Source of the DNA: Chiloscyllium plagiosum
Lineage: Eukaryota
Reading direction: 5' to 3'
Assembly: GCF_004010195.1 (NCBI RefSeq)
Contig: NC_057721.1
Span: 44,845,768-44,909,767, forward strand
Length of the DNA: 64,000 bases
The notes beneath the pieces are model-generated. The model saw nothing but the letters and a program-made list of their open reading frames with translations, did not search any database and was not told where the DNA came from. Of this stretch, positions 50,544-63,900 are shown piece by piece. The translations under genes and the position numbers were made by a program. Position 1 is the stretch's first letter. Every line of letters starts with the position of its first letter.

Positions 50544-50656
50544 AAAGTCTATGCTGGATTTACTTGATTTTGTTGTCATACTTTGGTGATTGTTACTCAT
50601 TAAAATGTGTGGAATACTTAACAATTGAAGTATGCTTTTAGGCATTCTTTAATCTT

Positions 50657-50726
50657 ACTGGTAGTCATTGATGTCAGCTGATCTAACTCCTAGTAGTTAG
50701 ATCAGCTGACATCAATGACTACCAGT
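50657..50726. repeat. Perfect hairpin: 32-bp arms, 6-nt loop
   Basis: ACTGGTAGTCATTGATGTCAGCTGATCTAACT-cctagt-AGTTAGATCAGCTGACATCAATGACTACCAGT. Confidence 0.95.
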
Positions 50727-52091
50727 TTAGAAAGCAATCAACAGTGAAATGAAAATCCTTTGTTATGGATGTAAGGAAGTGTATTGTAAGCTTCATCCTT
50801 GGCCTTTCTGGAACATCATGCATTATAATGGACTCTTTAGCTCACTTAGCTTAGTATTCAGCAAAAGCAATGCACTGGCTGATACGGTCCATGATTTTGT
50901 TGCTCACTTTTGGCAAAGAGAGCATTTCTGTTGCCTTGCTCAGGTGAGATTCAATTCCTTCCTGGCTTGTCTGAATGCACTTCAGCATTTCATTTTTCAC
51001 ATTCTGAGTGATAATGAATTTATTTCCTTTGTACAAGATGGTGTCTCTGGGCAAACACTTCATCTCTCTGTGCTGAAGCTCTCTGATACTAAGAGACCTT
51101 GCTATATTTAGACTATCCTTTCAACACTACATCCTGCAGCAAGTACAGAGTTTCATTTTCTTGCATAGCTTGCTTGCTTTGTGCAAGATTTACCTTTCAG
51201 ATTCAATGCATCTGCTGAGCATATTGAGCCGTTGCTTTTCCTTGAATACGGAAAATTTCGTAATCTATCTTTGCATTCTCAACTTTCTTCACAGGAAATG
51301 TTGAGGCCTGCAATGCATTTCTGTTTCTTTTGTTTGTATTTCACACCGAGATGATATCTCTGCAAACTAAGCAATATTCTTTGCATACTCTTTGGAGCAG
51401 ATAGAAGCAGCTTGAGGAAAATATGTCAAAGAGGCTTTTGTTGGAATCTGCTGCCACTTTGTCTCTCCTAAACAGGTGTTGAATAAAAAGGCTGCCTGGC
51501 AAAAGCACTAGCCACACACCTTTTTCTCAATCTAAGCATGGAGTTGTTTAGTGTGCAACTATTTGTCTTTGCGAGACAAGAATTATTCTGAGATCTGTCT
51601 TGCTGACATTATTCCGTAATGTGAAATTATCATTTACGTTGTAATACCTTAGTGTTGTTTTTTATGTTCAATGTCGCAAAAGCCACTACATATTGTTTGC
51701 AATGAGCTTGCGCAGTGATTTAAACTCTGATGACAACTTAGACAAGAACTTGGGTAAATAGCACATGAATTCAACAAACTGTTGCACTGCTGTCCCATCT
51801 ATTAGTCATTGCATCTCTGCTTCAGCTCTCACCTTGTCAGGATCCATATGAAATCCTATCACTATCGGTACATGATCTACACACTTGACTCCAGGCATTT
51901 TCAAATGTATTTTTTTCTTTTCAACTTCAGCTTCATCAGGTGATTGCTCTCTAGCGGTCACACTATATACTGATCATGGTCTGTGATGGATTCTTCCATT
52001 TTGCCCCACACGTATATATTTTAGCAGACTATCCACAATACTTTCCAATCTAGGAAGATCACAAGCTATCTCACACTGGATTACAGGATAT

Positions 52092-53547
52092 AGGAAAAAG
52101 AGAAGACTACAGATGCTGGAGATCAGAGTCGAGATTGTGGCGCTGGAAAACACAGCTGGTCAGGAAGCATACAAGGAGCAGGAGAATCGATGTTTTGGGC
52201 ATAAGTCCTTCATCAGGAATAAGGCTTGTGGCCCAAGAGGGCTGAGAGATAAATGGGAGGGTGGTGGGGCTGAGGAAAAGGCAGCTGGGAATGCGATAGT
52301 TGATGAAGGTGGGGATGAAAGTGATAGCTTGGAGAGGAGGATGGAGCAGAGAGGTGGGAAGGAAGATAGAAAGGTAGGACCATTCAAGAGGATGATGCTA
52401 AGTTGGAAGGTTGGATCTAAGATAAGATGGTGGGAGGGGAAATGAGGAAACTGGTGAAATCCACATTAATCCTGTGTGGTTGAAGTGACACAAGATGTAA
52501 GATATGGTGTTCTTCCTCCAGGTGTTGGGTGGTAAGGGTTAGGTGATGGAGGAGAGTCAGGACCTGCATGTCCTTGGTAGTTAGTTAGTGCAAATGTCAC
52601 AGAGATGTTCTCTGAAACGATCTGCAAGTTGGTGTCCTGTCTCCCTGATGGAGAAGAGACCACATTGGGTGCAACGATACAATAGATGACGTGTGTGGAA
52701 GTACAGGGAAATTTCTGCCGGATGTGGAAGGATACTTTGGGCCCTTGGACAGTGATGAGAAGGGAGATATGGGCACAGGTTTTGCACTTTTTGCGGTGAC
52801 AGGGAAGGTGCAGAGAGAGGATTGGTGGTAGTGGTGGTGGCGGTGGTGGGGCATGGACATGACAAGAGAGTCGTGGAGGGAATGATCTCTGAAACACAGA
52901 TAGGGGTGAGGAGGGATATATCTCTGGTGGTGGGGTCTATTTGTAGGAGGCGGAAATGGTGGAGGATGATGCGATGTATCTGAAGATTGGTGGAGTGGAA
53001 GGCGAGGTCCAAGGGTGTTCTGTCCTTCTAAGATTGCAGGGGTGGTGTTCAAGGGCAAAGGTGCAGGAAGTGGAGAAGATGGACTGGATGGTACTGGTGT
53101 AGCTGTGTAAGATGGACTGTTCCACGTACCCGACGAAGAGGCACCTATATCTGAACCCATGCAGGTGCCCATGGCTACCCTTTTGGCCTGGAGAAAGTGA
53201 GAGGATTGGAAGGAGAAATTATTGAGGGTGAGGACCAGTTCAACCAGTCGAATGAGAGTGTCAGTGGAAGGGTACTGGTTGGGTCTTAGTGTGAGGAGGA
53301 CCTGGAGACCTTTGTCATCCTGGATAGATGTGTATGGGGACTGGATGTCCATGGTGAAGGTAAGGCGTTTGGGGCTGGGGAAACAAAAGTCACGGAGGAG
53401 GTGGAGGGCATGGGTAGTGTTTTGAACATAAATGGGTGGTTCCTAGACTAAGGGGGACAGAACGGTGTCAAGGTATGCAGAGATAAGTTTGGTGGGGCAG
53501 GAGCAGCTGAGACAATGCATTGACCAGGGCAGTCAGGTTTGGTTTAG
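52092..53547 (-). mobile_element. Penelope-like element (Neptune-type), decayed RT plus GIY-YIG
   Basis: ELVLTLNNFSF...VAMGTCMG (RT), Cys-rich linker PCHRKKCKTCAH, and TSTHVIYCI / CTQCG...ETGHQLADRFREHL (GIY-YIG). The 3' end carries a degraded hammerhead motif. Possible TSD AGGATAT at 52085-52091 and 53548-53554. Confidence 0.88.
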
Positions 53548-53939
53548 AGGATATGTCAGGTAGCATGCAAAATCATCTCCATCTCATAAATGGCATTGGA
53601 AGTAATTGCTTTCATTCTCCCAGTCACCATCATTCACATCAAAGGTAGTAAAGAACTTTAAGTTGGCAAGTTACAACAAAATTTATTCAGTGGTTGCTAT
53701 GGCTTTATTGAGACTGTGCCAATTCCTCTCCAAACCACTCATCATCTTGACCTGGAGTTACCTTTTGCTGAGCCAAAGTGCTGGAACACCCTCCATGACA
53801 GCATTGAGGATGCATCTAGTGGTTCAAGAAGGTGACTCTCAAACACCTTCTCAAAGACAAATAGGGACAGGACAAGAACTGATGGCCCAGCCAGCAAAGC
53901 CCACATTCCCTGAAAGAAGAATTAAAAAAGAACCTAATC

Positions 53940-55003
53940 TTGGCATTGATATTCATTGACATTACCATCACTGAAGCTTCCACTATCAATATTTTGATGG
54001 TTACCATTAACAATAACTGAAATCAACCAACAATATAAATACCCTGGCTCCAAGAGCAGGTTAGAGATTATGTATTGAATAAGTCATCTCCTGTCTCCCC
54101 AATGTCTGTCCACCATCAACAAGACATTGTTCATTCATCTTTGATATTCTTTTCCTCTATCATCCTAAACCTTATGATGCAGAGATCACTGTTCCTTAAA
54201 TATTTTCCTACTGATACTTGATCCACTTGGTCAACTCATTGTCAAAAAAAGGGTTAAAGTTACTATAGTCCCATAGGGCTTCACTCTAGAAAGTCAGCTT
54301 ATGGTAAGTTTATCCTGGGGGTCACCCTGACTCAAGAAAGGAGTGAGGTTGAGAAGGCAGGAGCTTCATGGTAACTTTAACCTGAAATAGGAATTGTTGC
54401 TGTCACTTTATAGTGCAAACCAATGGTCTAGCCAATTGAGCTAACTGACCCTATATTACTAAGTCTAATAGTGTTTCTGAATTGCTCTTCAAGTTCATTC
54501 TCCATTCAATTAGAAGATAGTTGATCTATTTGTGTTCTGCATTTTCCAATGCAATGAGATTTGGACAATACCCAGTCTTGGGCTGACAAGTGGCAAGTAA
54601 TGTTCATGTCACACAAATGTCAGGCCATGACTATCTTAAATAAGATACAATCTAACTATTGCTCCATGACATTCAAAGGCATTACCATTACCGAATCCTT
54701 GACTATCAATATCCTGGGAGTTACGGTTGACCAGAAACATCAATTAGACTCACCAAATACATACATTGGATGCAAGAGCAGGTCAGAGTCTAGGAATACT
54801 GTGGTGAATAACTCATCTCCTGACTCCCCAAAGCCTGCCCCTATCTACAAGGCAGGGATGTGATAGAATACTCTCCATTTGCCTGCATAAGTACAGCTTC
54901 AACAACACTCAAGAAGCTTGGCAGCATCCAGGCCTAGCAGCTCACTTGATTGGCACTACATCCACAAATATCCACTCCCTCCATCGCCAAAGTTCAGTAG
55001 CAG
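53940..55003 (+). mobile_element. CR1/L2-related LINE fragments
   Basis: DNTQSWADKWQVMFMSHKCQAMTI...NILGVTVDQK. Confidence 0.6.
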
Positions 55004-55502
55004 ACAACAAGCAAAACTAATGTAATTTACAAACTAATGTGCAAGAAACACTACATTGGACAAACAGGCAGAAAACTAGCCATCAGGATACATGAACTTC
55101 AACTAGCCACAAAACGACCTGACCCTCTCTCACTAGTATCCTTACATAAAGATGAGGAAGGACACCACTTCGTTTGGGACAACACATCCATCCTAGGACA
55201 AGCCAAACAAAGACACGCATGAGAATTCCTAGAAGCATGGCATTCCAACCAGAACTCTATCAACAAACACATTGGGTTAGACCCCATCTACAACTCCCAT
55301 AGAAAAAGAACAGGAAATAACATCACCATCGGAAATGATGTCACCACAGGAAATGACATCACCAACCCAAAGAGACCCAAACATATAAATAGAAAGCAGA
55401 AATTATCAACAGTGCTTCGCCCAGAGGCCCACTGAAGATGTCTAGTAGGGTGAGAATCATCTAGAAATGAACCTTCCAGCTCAGTAAGCAAACCTGCCTC
55501 CA
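55004..55502 (+). mobile_element. Penelope-like element 3' fragment (GIY-YIG, different family)
   Basis: CKKHYIGQTGRKLAIRIHE...HHFVWDNTSILGQAKQRHA*EFLEAWHS. The 3' region has a decayed CTGAAGA hammerhead-like motif near 55432-55460. Confidence 0.85.
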
Positions 55503-55509
55503 AAATAAT

Positions 55510-57110
55510 ACTTTGTCATTTAACTCTTCACATTTTCTCATATTCTACTCCACCTGCTAGAATACAGCCCAAGTGCATAAACTATCCACATTATTCTGCA
55601 TCATTGTAATGTCAACTTCACAATATACTACTATTTTGTGTCAACTGCAAATTTAGTTATCTTGCTTTCAAACCCCTTATCTAAGTCATTGATATGTATT
55701 GGTAAAAAGCTGAAGTTTGAGCACAGACCCCTGCAGGACCTCACTTGTAACATGCTGTCAATCAGTAAAAGACACTTTGATCCATAGTGTCTACTTTCTA
55801 GCAGCCAGAAAACCTTATGTACATTCAAGTGTGATATTCCCCATATCATCAAGTCTGTACTTAATGATCGATTTTTGCACCTTCCCCAGAATAGATGTTG
55901 CCTTTAGTTTCTTGTTTCCTTCCTTCTCCCCTTCTCAAATAGAAGGGTTATACTTGTTATTTTCCAGGATCTAATGAACTTTGGAAAATTAACATCAATG
56001 CATTTACTATCTCATTACTATCTTATGGGTGGCATGGTGGCTCAGTGGTTAGCTCTGCTGCCTCATAGCACCAGGGTCCCAGGTTTGATTCCAGCCACGG
56101 GTGACTGCCTGCGTGGAATTTGCACGTTCTCCCCGTGTCTACGTAGGTTTCCTTCGGGTGCTCCGGTTTCCTCCCACAGTCCAAAGATGTGCAGTTCAGG
56201 TGAATTGGCCATGCTAAATTGCCCATAGTGTTAGGTGCATTAGTCAGAGGGAAATGGGTCTGGGTGGGTTACTCTTCAGAGGGTCAGTGTGGAGTTGTTG
56301 GGCTGAAGGGCCTGTTTCTGCACTGTAGGGAATATAATCTAATTAGCCATCGTTTGTAGAATGCATCAGGACATGGAAATTTATCAAATCGCAGCTTCAT
56401 CAGTTAGCTCAGTACTGTTTCTCTACAAATTATATTTTCCTCAAGTTCTTCTCTTCCTTCAATGTGTGATTTACAGGTATTACTGGGATGTTTTTATATC
56501 CTCTATAGTGAAGACAAAAGCAAAATATTTCTTCATTATATCTGCTATTACTTTATTACTATTACATCCCCATTCTCACCGTCCAGAGGACCAACAGTCA
56601 GTTGACTTATATTTTTCCTTTTAGATGAAAAAGAAATTCTTGCTAATTTCTGGCTAGCTTTCTCTTCTGCTCTAATTCCTTGCCCCAATTATCCTTTTAG
56701 TCATTCAATGGTATTGTTTGCATTCTGACCAGTTATTTAACCTGCCACTCAGATTTGCAAAATTATATGTTTTTCCTTTAGTTTGATGTTCTCCTTAATC
56801 TCTTTAGTTAGGCATGGAGAGTGGTTCCTTGCCTTGGAACCTTTTTAATAGTAGGAGTATACTTATTGTGAATATTCTGAAGTATCTGTTTAAATGTCTG
56901 CCACTGCTTCTCCACTCATCTATCTCCTAGTCTAATATCTCAGTCCACTTCCATTAATGCAGCACTCATGTCCATACAGTTGCTCCTTTTTAAGTTTAAA
57001 ATACTAGTCCTGGATCCACTCTTAGCTGTTTCAAGCTGGATGTAAAATTCAATCATGTTAAGATCTGTGCGACCTGCAATTGCCTTTATTCTGAAGGGAT
57101 TAGTTGATCT
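55510..57110 (-). mobile_element. Old CR1 relic
   Basis: IHINDLDKGFESKITKFAVDTK. Confidence 0.65.
56027..56345 (+). mobile_element. HE1-type V-SINE
   Basis: Full head, core and aatctaat tail, inserted in an old CR1. Confidence 0.88.
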
Positions 57111-57356
57111 TGTCATTTCATGATTTCACTTTGGAGTTCAGACACACTGATAACTTCCATATTTCTGTAAGGATGTTTGGTGTGTAGGAACTCACACACA
57201 CACACATCTCATGCATTCAAATAGAATGCATCTTATGGCTCCTAGTTTACCTTCTTAGCACTCACTCATTTTCTACTTACTTGAAGAATGCCAGCTTCTG
57301 TGGGATTTCAATGACTGTTAACACAGAGGAAAATACAGGCATCTTTTGCGCTTCTG

Positions 57357-57444
57357 CGGGTCGGTGTGAACTTGTTGGGCCGAAGAGCCTGTTTCCACAC
57401 TGTAAGTAATCTAAGTAATCTAATCTATGTAATCTAATCTAATC
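57357..57444 (+). mobile_element. HE1 SINE/CR1 3' tail fragment
   Basis: gggccgaagagcctgtttccacactgtaagtaatct followed by (taatc)n. Confidence 0.75.
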
Positions 57445-57700
57445 TTTTCACCGTTCATAGCACTGAACAGTTAAGGTGGTGGACATGTCACTGTATGGTT
57501 CCAGGCTAAGTCAACGTCAAACCTACAGCATGTGCCTGCAGTTTAAATGAGAGATGCAATGCATTAGTTTCAAACAAATGGCCATGTCTGAAAGTCTGAA
57601 AAGGAGTTATGGTCAGTCAAGGGGCGATACTATCCTTAAAGATGTCAGTTCATTGGCTCATCCATTTTTGGTCTTGGGGCTTGACTATAGTCAATCAGAT

Positions 57701-58866
57701 TCTGGATTAGTGGTGCTGGAAGAGCACAGCAGTTTAAGCAGCATCCAAGGAGCTTCGAAATCGACGTTTCGGGCAAAAGCCATTCATCAGGAATAAAGGC
57801 AGTGAGCGGGGAGAGATAAGCTAGAGGAGGGTGGGGGTGGGGAGAAAGTAGCATAGAGTACAATGGGTGAGTGGGGGAGGGGATGAAGGGAGGAGAGGGT
57901 GGAGTCNNNNNNNNNNNNNNNNNNNNNNNNNNNNNNNNNNNNNNNNNNNNNNNNNNNNNNNNNNNNNNNNNNNNNNNNNNNNNNNNNNNNNNNNNNNNNN
58001 NNNNNNNNNNNNNNNNNNNNNNNNNNNNNNNNNNNNNNNNNNNNNNNNNNNNNNNNNNNNNNNNNNNNNNNNNNNNNNNNNNNNNNNNNNNNNNNNNNNN
58101 NNNNNNNNNNNNNNNNNNNNNNNNNNNNNNNNNNNNNNNNNNNNNNNNNNNNNNNNNNNNNNNNNNNNNNNNNNNNNNNNNNNNNNNNNNNNNNNNNNNN
58201 NNNNNNNNNNNNNNNNNNNNNNNNNNNNNNNNNNNNNNNNNNNNNNNNNNNNNNNNNNNNNNNNNNNNNNNNNNNNNNNNNNNNNNNNNNNNNNNNNNNN
58301 NNNNNNNNNNNNNNNNNNNNNNNNNNNNNNNNNNNNNNNNNNNNNNNNNNNNNNNNNNNNNNNNNNNNNNNNNNNNNNNNNNNNNNNNNNNNNNNNNNNN
58401 NNNNNNNNNNNNNNNNNNNNNNNNNNNNNNNNNNNNNNNNNNNNNNNNNNNNNNNNNNNNNNNNNNNNNNNNNNNNNNNNNNNNNNNNNNNNNNNNNNNN
58501 NNNNNNNNNNNNNNNNNNNNNNNNNNNNNNNNNNNNNNNNNNNNNNNNNNNNNNNNNNNGAGGCAGAGGAATTGGGAATACGGGATGGCATTTTTGCAAG
58601 AGGTAGGGTGGGAAGAGGTGTAATCCAGGTAGCTGTGGGAGTCGGTGGGTTTGTAAAAAATGTCAGTGTCAAGTCGGTCGTCATTAATGGAGATGGAGAG
58701 GTCCAGGAAGGAGAGGGAGGTGTCAGAGATGGTCCAGGTAAATTTAAGGTCAGGGAGGAATGTGTTGGTGAACTTGATGAATTGCTCAATCTCCTCGCGG
58801 GAGCACGAGGTGGCGCCAATGCAGTCATCAATGTAGCGGATGAAGAGATGGGGAGTGGTGCCGGTG
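57701..58866 (-). mobile_element. 5'-truncated Penelope-like element with a 13-bp TSD
   Basis: RT segment FIRYIDDC...LKFT...SFLDL...FYKPTDSHSYLDYTSSHP. TSD TAGTCAATCAGAT at 57688-57700 and 58867-58879. Contains an assembly gap. Confidence 0.92.
57759..57794 (-). ncRNA. Minimal hammerhead ribozyme motif at the 3' end of the Penelope element
   Basis: attc-CTGATGA-A-TGGC-TTTT-GCCC-GAAA-C-GTC-gatt, with one stem II mismatch. Confidence 0.65.
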
Positions 58867-58879
58867 TAGTCAATCAGAT

Positions 58880-60700
58880 GCTTACTCCTCCCAGAACACT
58901 GTGATCTGTGCTCTTGCAGGATAGGGATTGGGTCATGGCAAGTCTTACATGTTATATGCAACCTATCTGGGGATTACAGGGGGAGAATTCAGTTTGGAGG
59001 CAGGACCCCTGTCAGATGGGCTGTCCTGCAAATTCTGGGATAATGGGAGAGGCATGTGGGAATAGATGTACGCTGAATTGTCGTCAGGGGCACAAGGTGA
59101 GCACTTCAAAATGGAACATGAAAGATTGGGTTTGGAGCAGGTCATGCTGCATCCCAGACGTTGCCTGAAATTCACTGAGGAGGACATGAAATTGAAACCT
59201 TTCCACCTTCATTCCAAAATTAACAGTTTAATAACAAGAACAAATGACTACCACCGTATGTAGAGTGGGCAGAGTAAATCCATGTTGTTTTTTTCAGAGG
59301 CTGTGTATAATTCTTTGATTTGGAAGTGCTGCTGGGACAATTGCATTAATTGCATCAATAGATTCAGTAATTCCACTCTCCTGGGATCAAGTCGCAATTC
59401 ATTGGCAGATCATTCTTTGTGCAGGAATGAACATTACAAATTACAAATTATGGTCTCAAGTAAACATGACCATTACAAACTTTGCACTAATTACCTCCTT
59501 GTCACACCAGATAAACAATTTTAATCAAATGCTAGCTTAAACCTCTCACCTTGGTTTTCAGTTTTCTGAATTACATCGCATACCTGACACTGGATGACAA
59601 TCTTTGGAGTGGCTGTATTTGTACACTGAATTGCAAGATCTGTAATTTTTAAGGATGACTCTTTTGGGGAATGATGCTAAATAGATAAATGCCAGAATTT
59701 CAGACCCCTGGTGTAGCTTTGATTCTGCAGCATTCATCTGGATAAGATTACATATCTCAGAGCTCCTTATCCAGACATGACATTCCTCCTTGTGGAACCT
59801 CAATGGCATAGTGTCGGAGCATGACATGAGGCTTTGTAGTGATTGGTTTGAGTCCTGTCACTGACATGCTGTTGTTATGATTCAAGCTGATGTTATTACT
59901 TGATAAGTCAGCCTGAATTTGACTCGATAGAAGGACTTATAGATCAACCAGTCTTGCATTCTTGAACTTATTAGTTGTTAACTGAATGTTTTCTTATCCA
60001 TATGATTCAATAGTTGGTAAACTGTATTTGGATGATCCCACTTTCATATATTTGCACTTTATGGATTCTGCTAACAGGGCGAAAGCAGCAGTCAGTGAGA
60101 CAGTGCATTAACATTGTATTGCTCCGAGAGTAGGTATCTTTTAGGTTTAACTGAGTGTATGATTCCAAGCAAGTCTCTTATCAGAGGTAGCAGGTTGGGA
60201 GAAATCCTGAGACACCTTCGCAGCCTTCTATTTTCCATTAGCTTTTAATGATTCAGAGTTTGCATAGACCTCGATTTGATCTGAAATGTTTGAACATCCA
60301 GTGGGATGGCATTTAACGTAAGAGAGGCAGCTCTTCATGGTAGACAACTATGCTACAAGGGGAGTGTGCTTGTGAACTCCCCCTTACACACCTTGCAGTC
60401 TAGAATAGCAGTGTTCTCCCTTGGCAACGTTAATAGATAGAATGCAACCTTACACTCAATAAAGTTTAAAGGCAATCAAACAAATAACACCTTTATCTAA
60501 TAACTAGGACTATTTAAAGGACAAGCAAAGGATACAAGCAGATCATACTTAACAGCAACACAGAACAGACTTTACACTGGTTCACTAAACTTGGCTTGAG
60601 TAGAGAAAATCTTGTCTTCCTTGAGGTAAAGCACCTACATTTTTGATACTGATACCCATAGACAGAGGTATCTGCTCTGAGAACTTCCCCTGAAGACTAG
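58880..60700 (-). mobile_element. Old Gypsy-like gag/protease relic
   Basis: Decayed Cys/His knuckle-like segment (HSKDCHPVSGMRCNS) and an LTR-like flank. No intact ORF. Confidence 0.35.
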
Positions 60701-60712
60701 GTTAGCTTAAAT

Positions 60713-61820
60713 TGTATGACATTACTATGGATTTATGAGGTATCTTTTGTCCTTTGTCCTTTATTTTATGGGAAGAGGTTGAGACAGAGGTGTTGAGTAG
60801 TCTGTTCCAAGTCAATAAACATCCTTTCATGTTGCTTCTATTGTTCTAACTTAAAAAAAAACCTTATGAGGCCTTGGGTTTTAAAAAAAAAATTAGAACA
60901 ATAGAAGCAGCATGAACGAATGGGGTCAGGCTCCCACAGAACCAGGATTATCATTTAACTTTCAGTAGCTGACAGGTTTGGAAGCTGCTATATATCTCTA
61001 TCTGCTATAGCAAAATACTTGAGTTCTCTTTCTCCCAGTCCCAGAATTTTCTCTTGATGTTCTTTTCTCCTGGACTGGAGAATTTTATGTGAGACAATCT
61101 ATTTTACTGAATTTGCCTTTGTTAAGAGTGTATTTATGGGATACTACTATATTGGAACAGTTGCTGTGCAGTAGCTGAATAATCTATTATTCTGTCACAT
61201 TTTCCAGTAGAGTTATGTTATTCCAATTTTTCCTTCTACTGTTAGAATTTTTTTTACTATAGTGTAAGAATAAAGTATGTTTTGCTTCAAGCCTGCTAGT
61301 TTGATCAATCAAATTGTATTCAGAACACAAAGCCTTACACTTGCCTTTAAAAATAAGAAAAAATTGGGGTCAAGGCTATCTTAAGGGTGTTTAGTCTTGT
61401 CCATAACAAACTGGGGGCTCTTGTCAGGATCAAAATGTCTAATCCTATGTTGTGTTTAGGATTATTGGACTCAAAGACAGTGCGGGTGAGTGTGGGTGTT
61501 CTCTTTTCGGGTGTTGCGTTCAGTTGGTAAATAAGGTGAGCCTTGTATAGTAATTGCTCTTCCAGTCGCTAAGAGTTTCCTGGGGGTGGAAGAAGTCACT
61601 TTGAGAGTTTTACAGGATGTGAACAACACAAAGCTTTTGGAATTGGCAAACAAGCTGGAGTTGGAGGTGCCTTTGTCCATGTGTATAGGGGAGGTAATTG
61701 CAGCAATAGCTCGACATTTATGATTGCCAGAAATTGCCATCAGACTATTTGGAAATGGCTAAAATTCAATTGCAGCTTGAATTACAGGCACAAGATGAAG
61801 AAAGAGAAAGGGAATGATAA
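60713..61820 (+). mobile_element. LTR + tRNA-Pro-type PBS + start of gag (Gypsy-like)
   Basis: LTR ends ...CCATAACA at 61408, followed by tgggggctcttgtcaggat (resembles the Pro PBS TGGGGGCTCGTCCGGGAT) and a gag-like ALPVAKSFLGVEEVT...KLLELANKLEL. Confidence 0.7.
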
Positions 61821-63349
61821 GATGCTGGGCATATGAAGTGATGTATTGAGAATCGTAAGATGGTTTGTGGCGAAGGACAGGTAAGTTGTGTGGCTTGGTG
61901 CCTAAACAGCAGTAGGTGTAGGAAAGATCATTTGTATGTGCAAAGGAGTGTCAGCCGTGCCATGTATTTGCCATGAGAAGCATTATCTTGTGGTTGCTAT
62001 ACCACTATATTCACATTGAAGGGCAACTTTAATGTTTCAATGTTTCACCAGTGGCATGGCTAGTATTCAAGGATGGTATTTGTACCTGGAACCCCAGTAA
62101 TGGTGAGAACATCATCTCCAGCAGTGGGGGCTAGTTTTAGATGAGTGAGTTACCGTAGGAGCATGATGCATGATTAATGAGGTGAGTGTGGGATGATAGA
62201 GTGAGAAAATCTGCTAGGCCCTGCAGAAAGAGACCTTAGAAATGAAACTCGACATAAGTGACATCTAGCCGATTTTTGATAAAATTCAGTCCAAAGTGTT
62301 CAAATTAATGCCTGCCAGAACCTGCAATTTATATCAGATTACAAAAAAAACCCTTCCCTGAATCAAACACTGATTTTGAAATCTACTTATTAATAATGTG
62401 ATAATAGTCGATTGAATGGTTTTGTCCATGTGTGTGGATTTCACCCAACATATAGACAGTGGAGTATCTTATAATGTTTTTCTAATATCTAAAATGAATA
62501 AAGTTTTATTTAGAACTGTCTCTATTGTTCAGTAACAGTGGTAGTAATAAGACTCTGGATTTGAGGTGGTTTGTTATTCCTTTCCCATTTATTCTTTTCC
62601 TACAATATTGTTGTTATGATACTTAGTAAAATACAGACTGTTCATGTAATTAGTAGAAAAGAATAAAATGCAGCCTTTATTAATTATTGATTACTTATTC
62701 TTCAATTCTTGCATAATTGATGTACTCCTTTGAATCAATCATCTGTTGTTGGCTGCTGGTTTCCAGTAGTAGTACATAGTCAGTATTCTGAAATTGAATT
62801 AATATGTCATATTTTGACAGCACAAGATGGCTTCTATGCTTTGTTAGACTGCTAGCATACCCTAATATCCCCTAACAAAGGCCATGCCAATTGAAAATCT
62901 AAATCTTGTGTCTGCTTCTACATTTACATTATGATCTGGCTTCTCTGACTGTTGACAAGGTACACTCCAAACAATGACATTAATGCCCTCCCCATAAGAC
63001 TGTCCTTTGCTGGTCCAAAGGAACTACAAACACAAGATCCACCCAATGTACAGGGTGTAGAATAAACAGGGGCAACAGAGCCAAATTTTGTGGCATTGGT
63101 CTAAAGTCACCATATTCCTACAGAGCTGCTCTCTCATTAGAGAGAGACAACTGATGGTAGTTTAACCTTAGGGTCACCACACCTCAGTCAAAAGCCAAGA
63201 TTGAGAATGTGAGACCTACATGGAACCTCAGCTGTCTAGCTAACTGACCCCTGTAGTCCTGGTCTGTGTGACTGAATGTTGTATGCGACATAGCTATATG
63301 ATAGCTAATTCCATCACTGGGTTGGGGCAGTATCTCATCTCCCAAAGTC

Positions 63350-63900
63350 AGGCTCCTTGATACTCTGTTGACCTCCAGATCCTCCTCCTCTCTAGATCGT
63401 CAATGAAAGAGGGTCACTTCCAGCTCTGAGCTTCTCCCTCCCTTTCCTTTTGTCCTTTTCTCCTGCAAGAAGGGGGAGAAAAGGCTAGGTACAGTGACTG
63501 GTGAGAAATATTCATCTGCTAGATGGTGATTATGAAGGAGAGGTGTGATGTTGCATAGGAATGAGATGTAAGGAAGTGCACTGGTAGAGAAGGATAGGTA
63601 TATCCCAAGGTAAACTGATGTGAGGAATGCTGTACTGCAGTAGGTTTGAGAGCAGAGTGTGTGAAGAGATTTGGAGTAAAAAGCACATCAGTATATGTCA
63701 TTTTTCACTTCCTGCACTTAATCCAGGAGCATAGCACTATATTACTGAGGTTGACCTCCTGCACGATTTCCAACCAGGCCTTGTGTCATCTGCAAGTATC
63801 TTCCTCATATTTATAGGAAGGAGTGCCTCCTTACAACTCCCAACAGCACATCGATGTTGGGGTCATTGAAGTGAAAGCAGCCTTTGCTCCACATTTTAAA
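63350..63900 (-). mobile_element. Harbinger Myb/SANT-like ORF relic
   Basis: Minus strand FNDPNIDVLL...AWLEIVQEVNLSNIVLCSWIKCRK resembles the Myb-like protein of Harbingers. Confidence 0.5.

Larger units (their letters stand above)
49480..52084 (-). mobile_element. Old Gypsy pol relic (RT/RNase H/integrase)
   Basis: DTILYKGNKFIITQNVKNEMLKCIQTSQEGIE (integrase N-terminal region) and ESIVDSLL (decayed RT xVDD). Heavily mutated. Confidence 0.65.

Noticed and set aside
56027-56100. tRNA genes at SINE heads
   Set aside because: The A/B-box-like sequences are followed by the V-SINE core and tail and are not stand-alone tRNAs.
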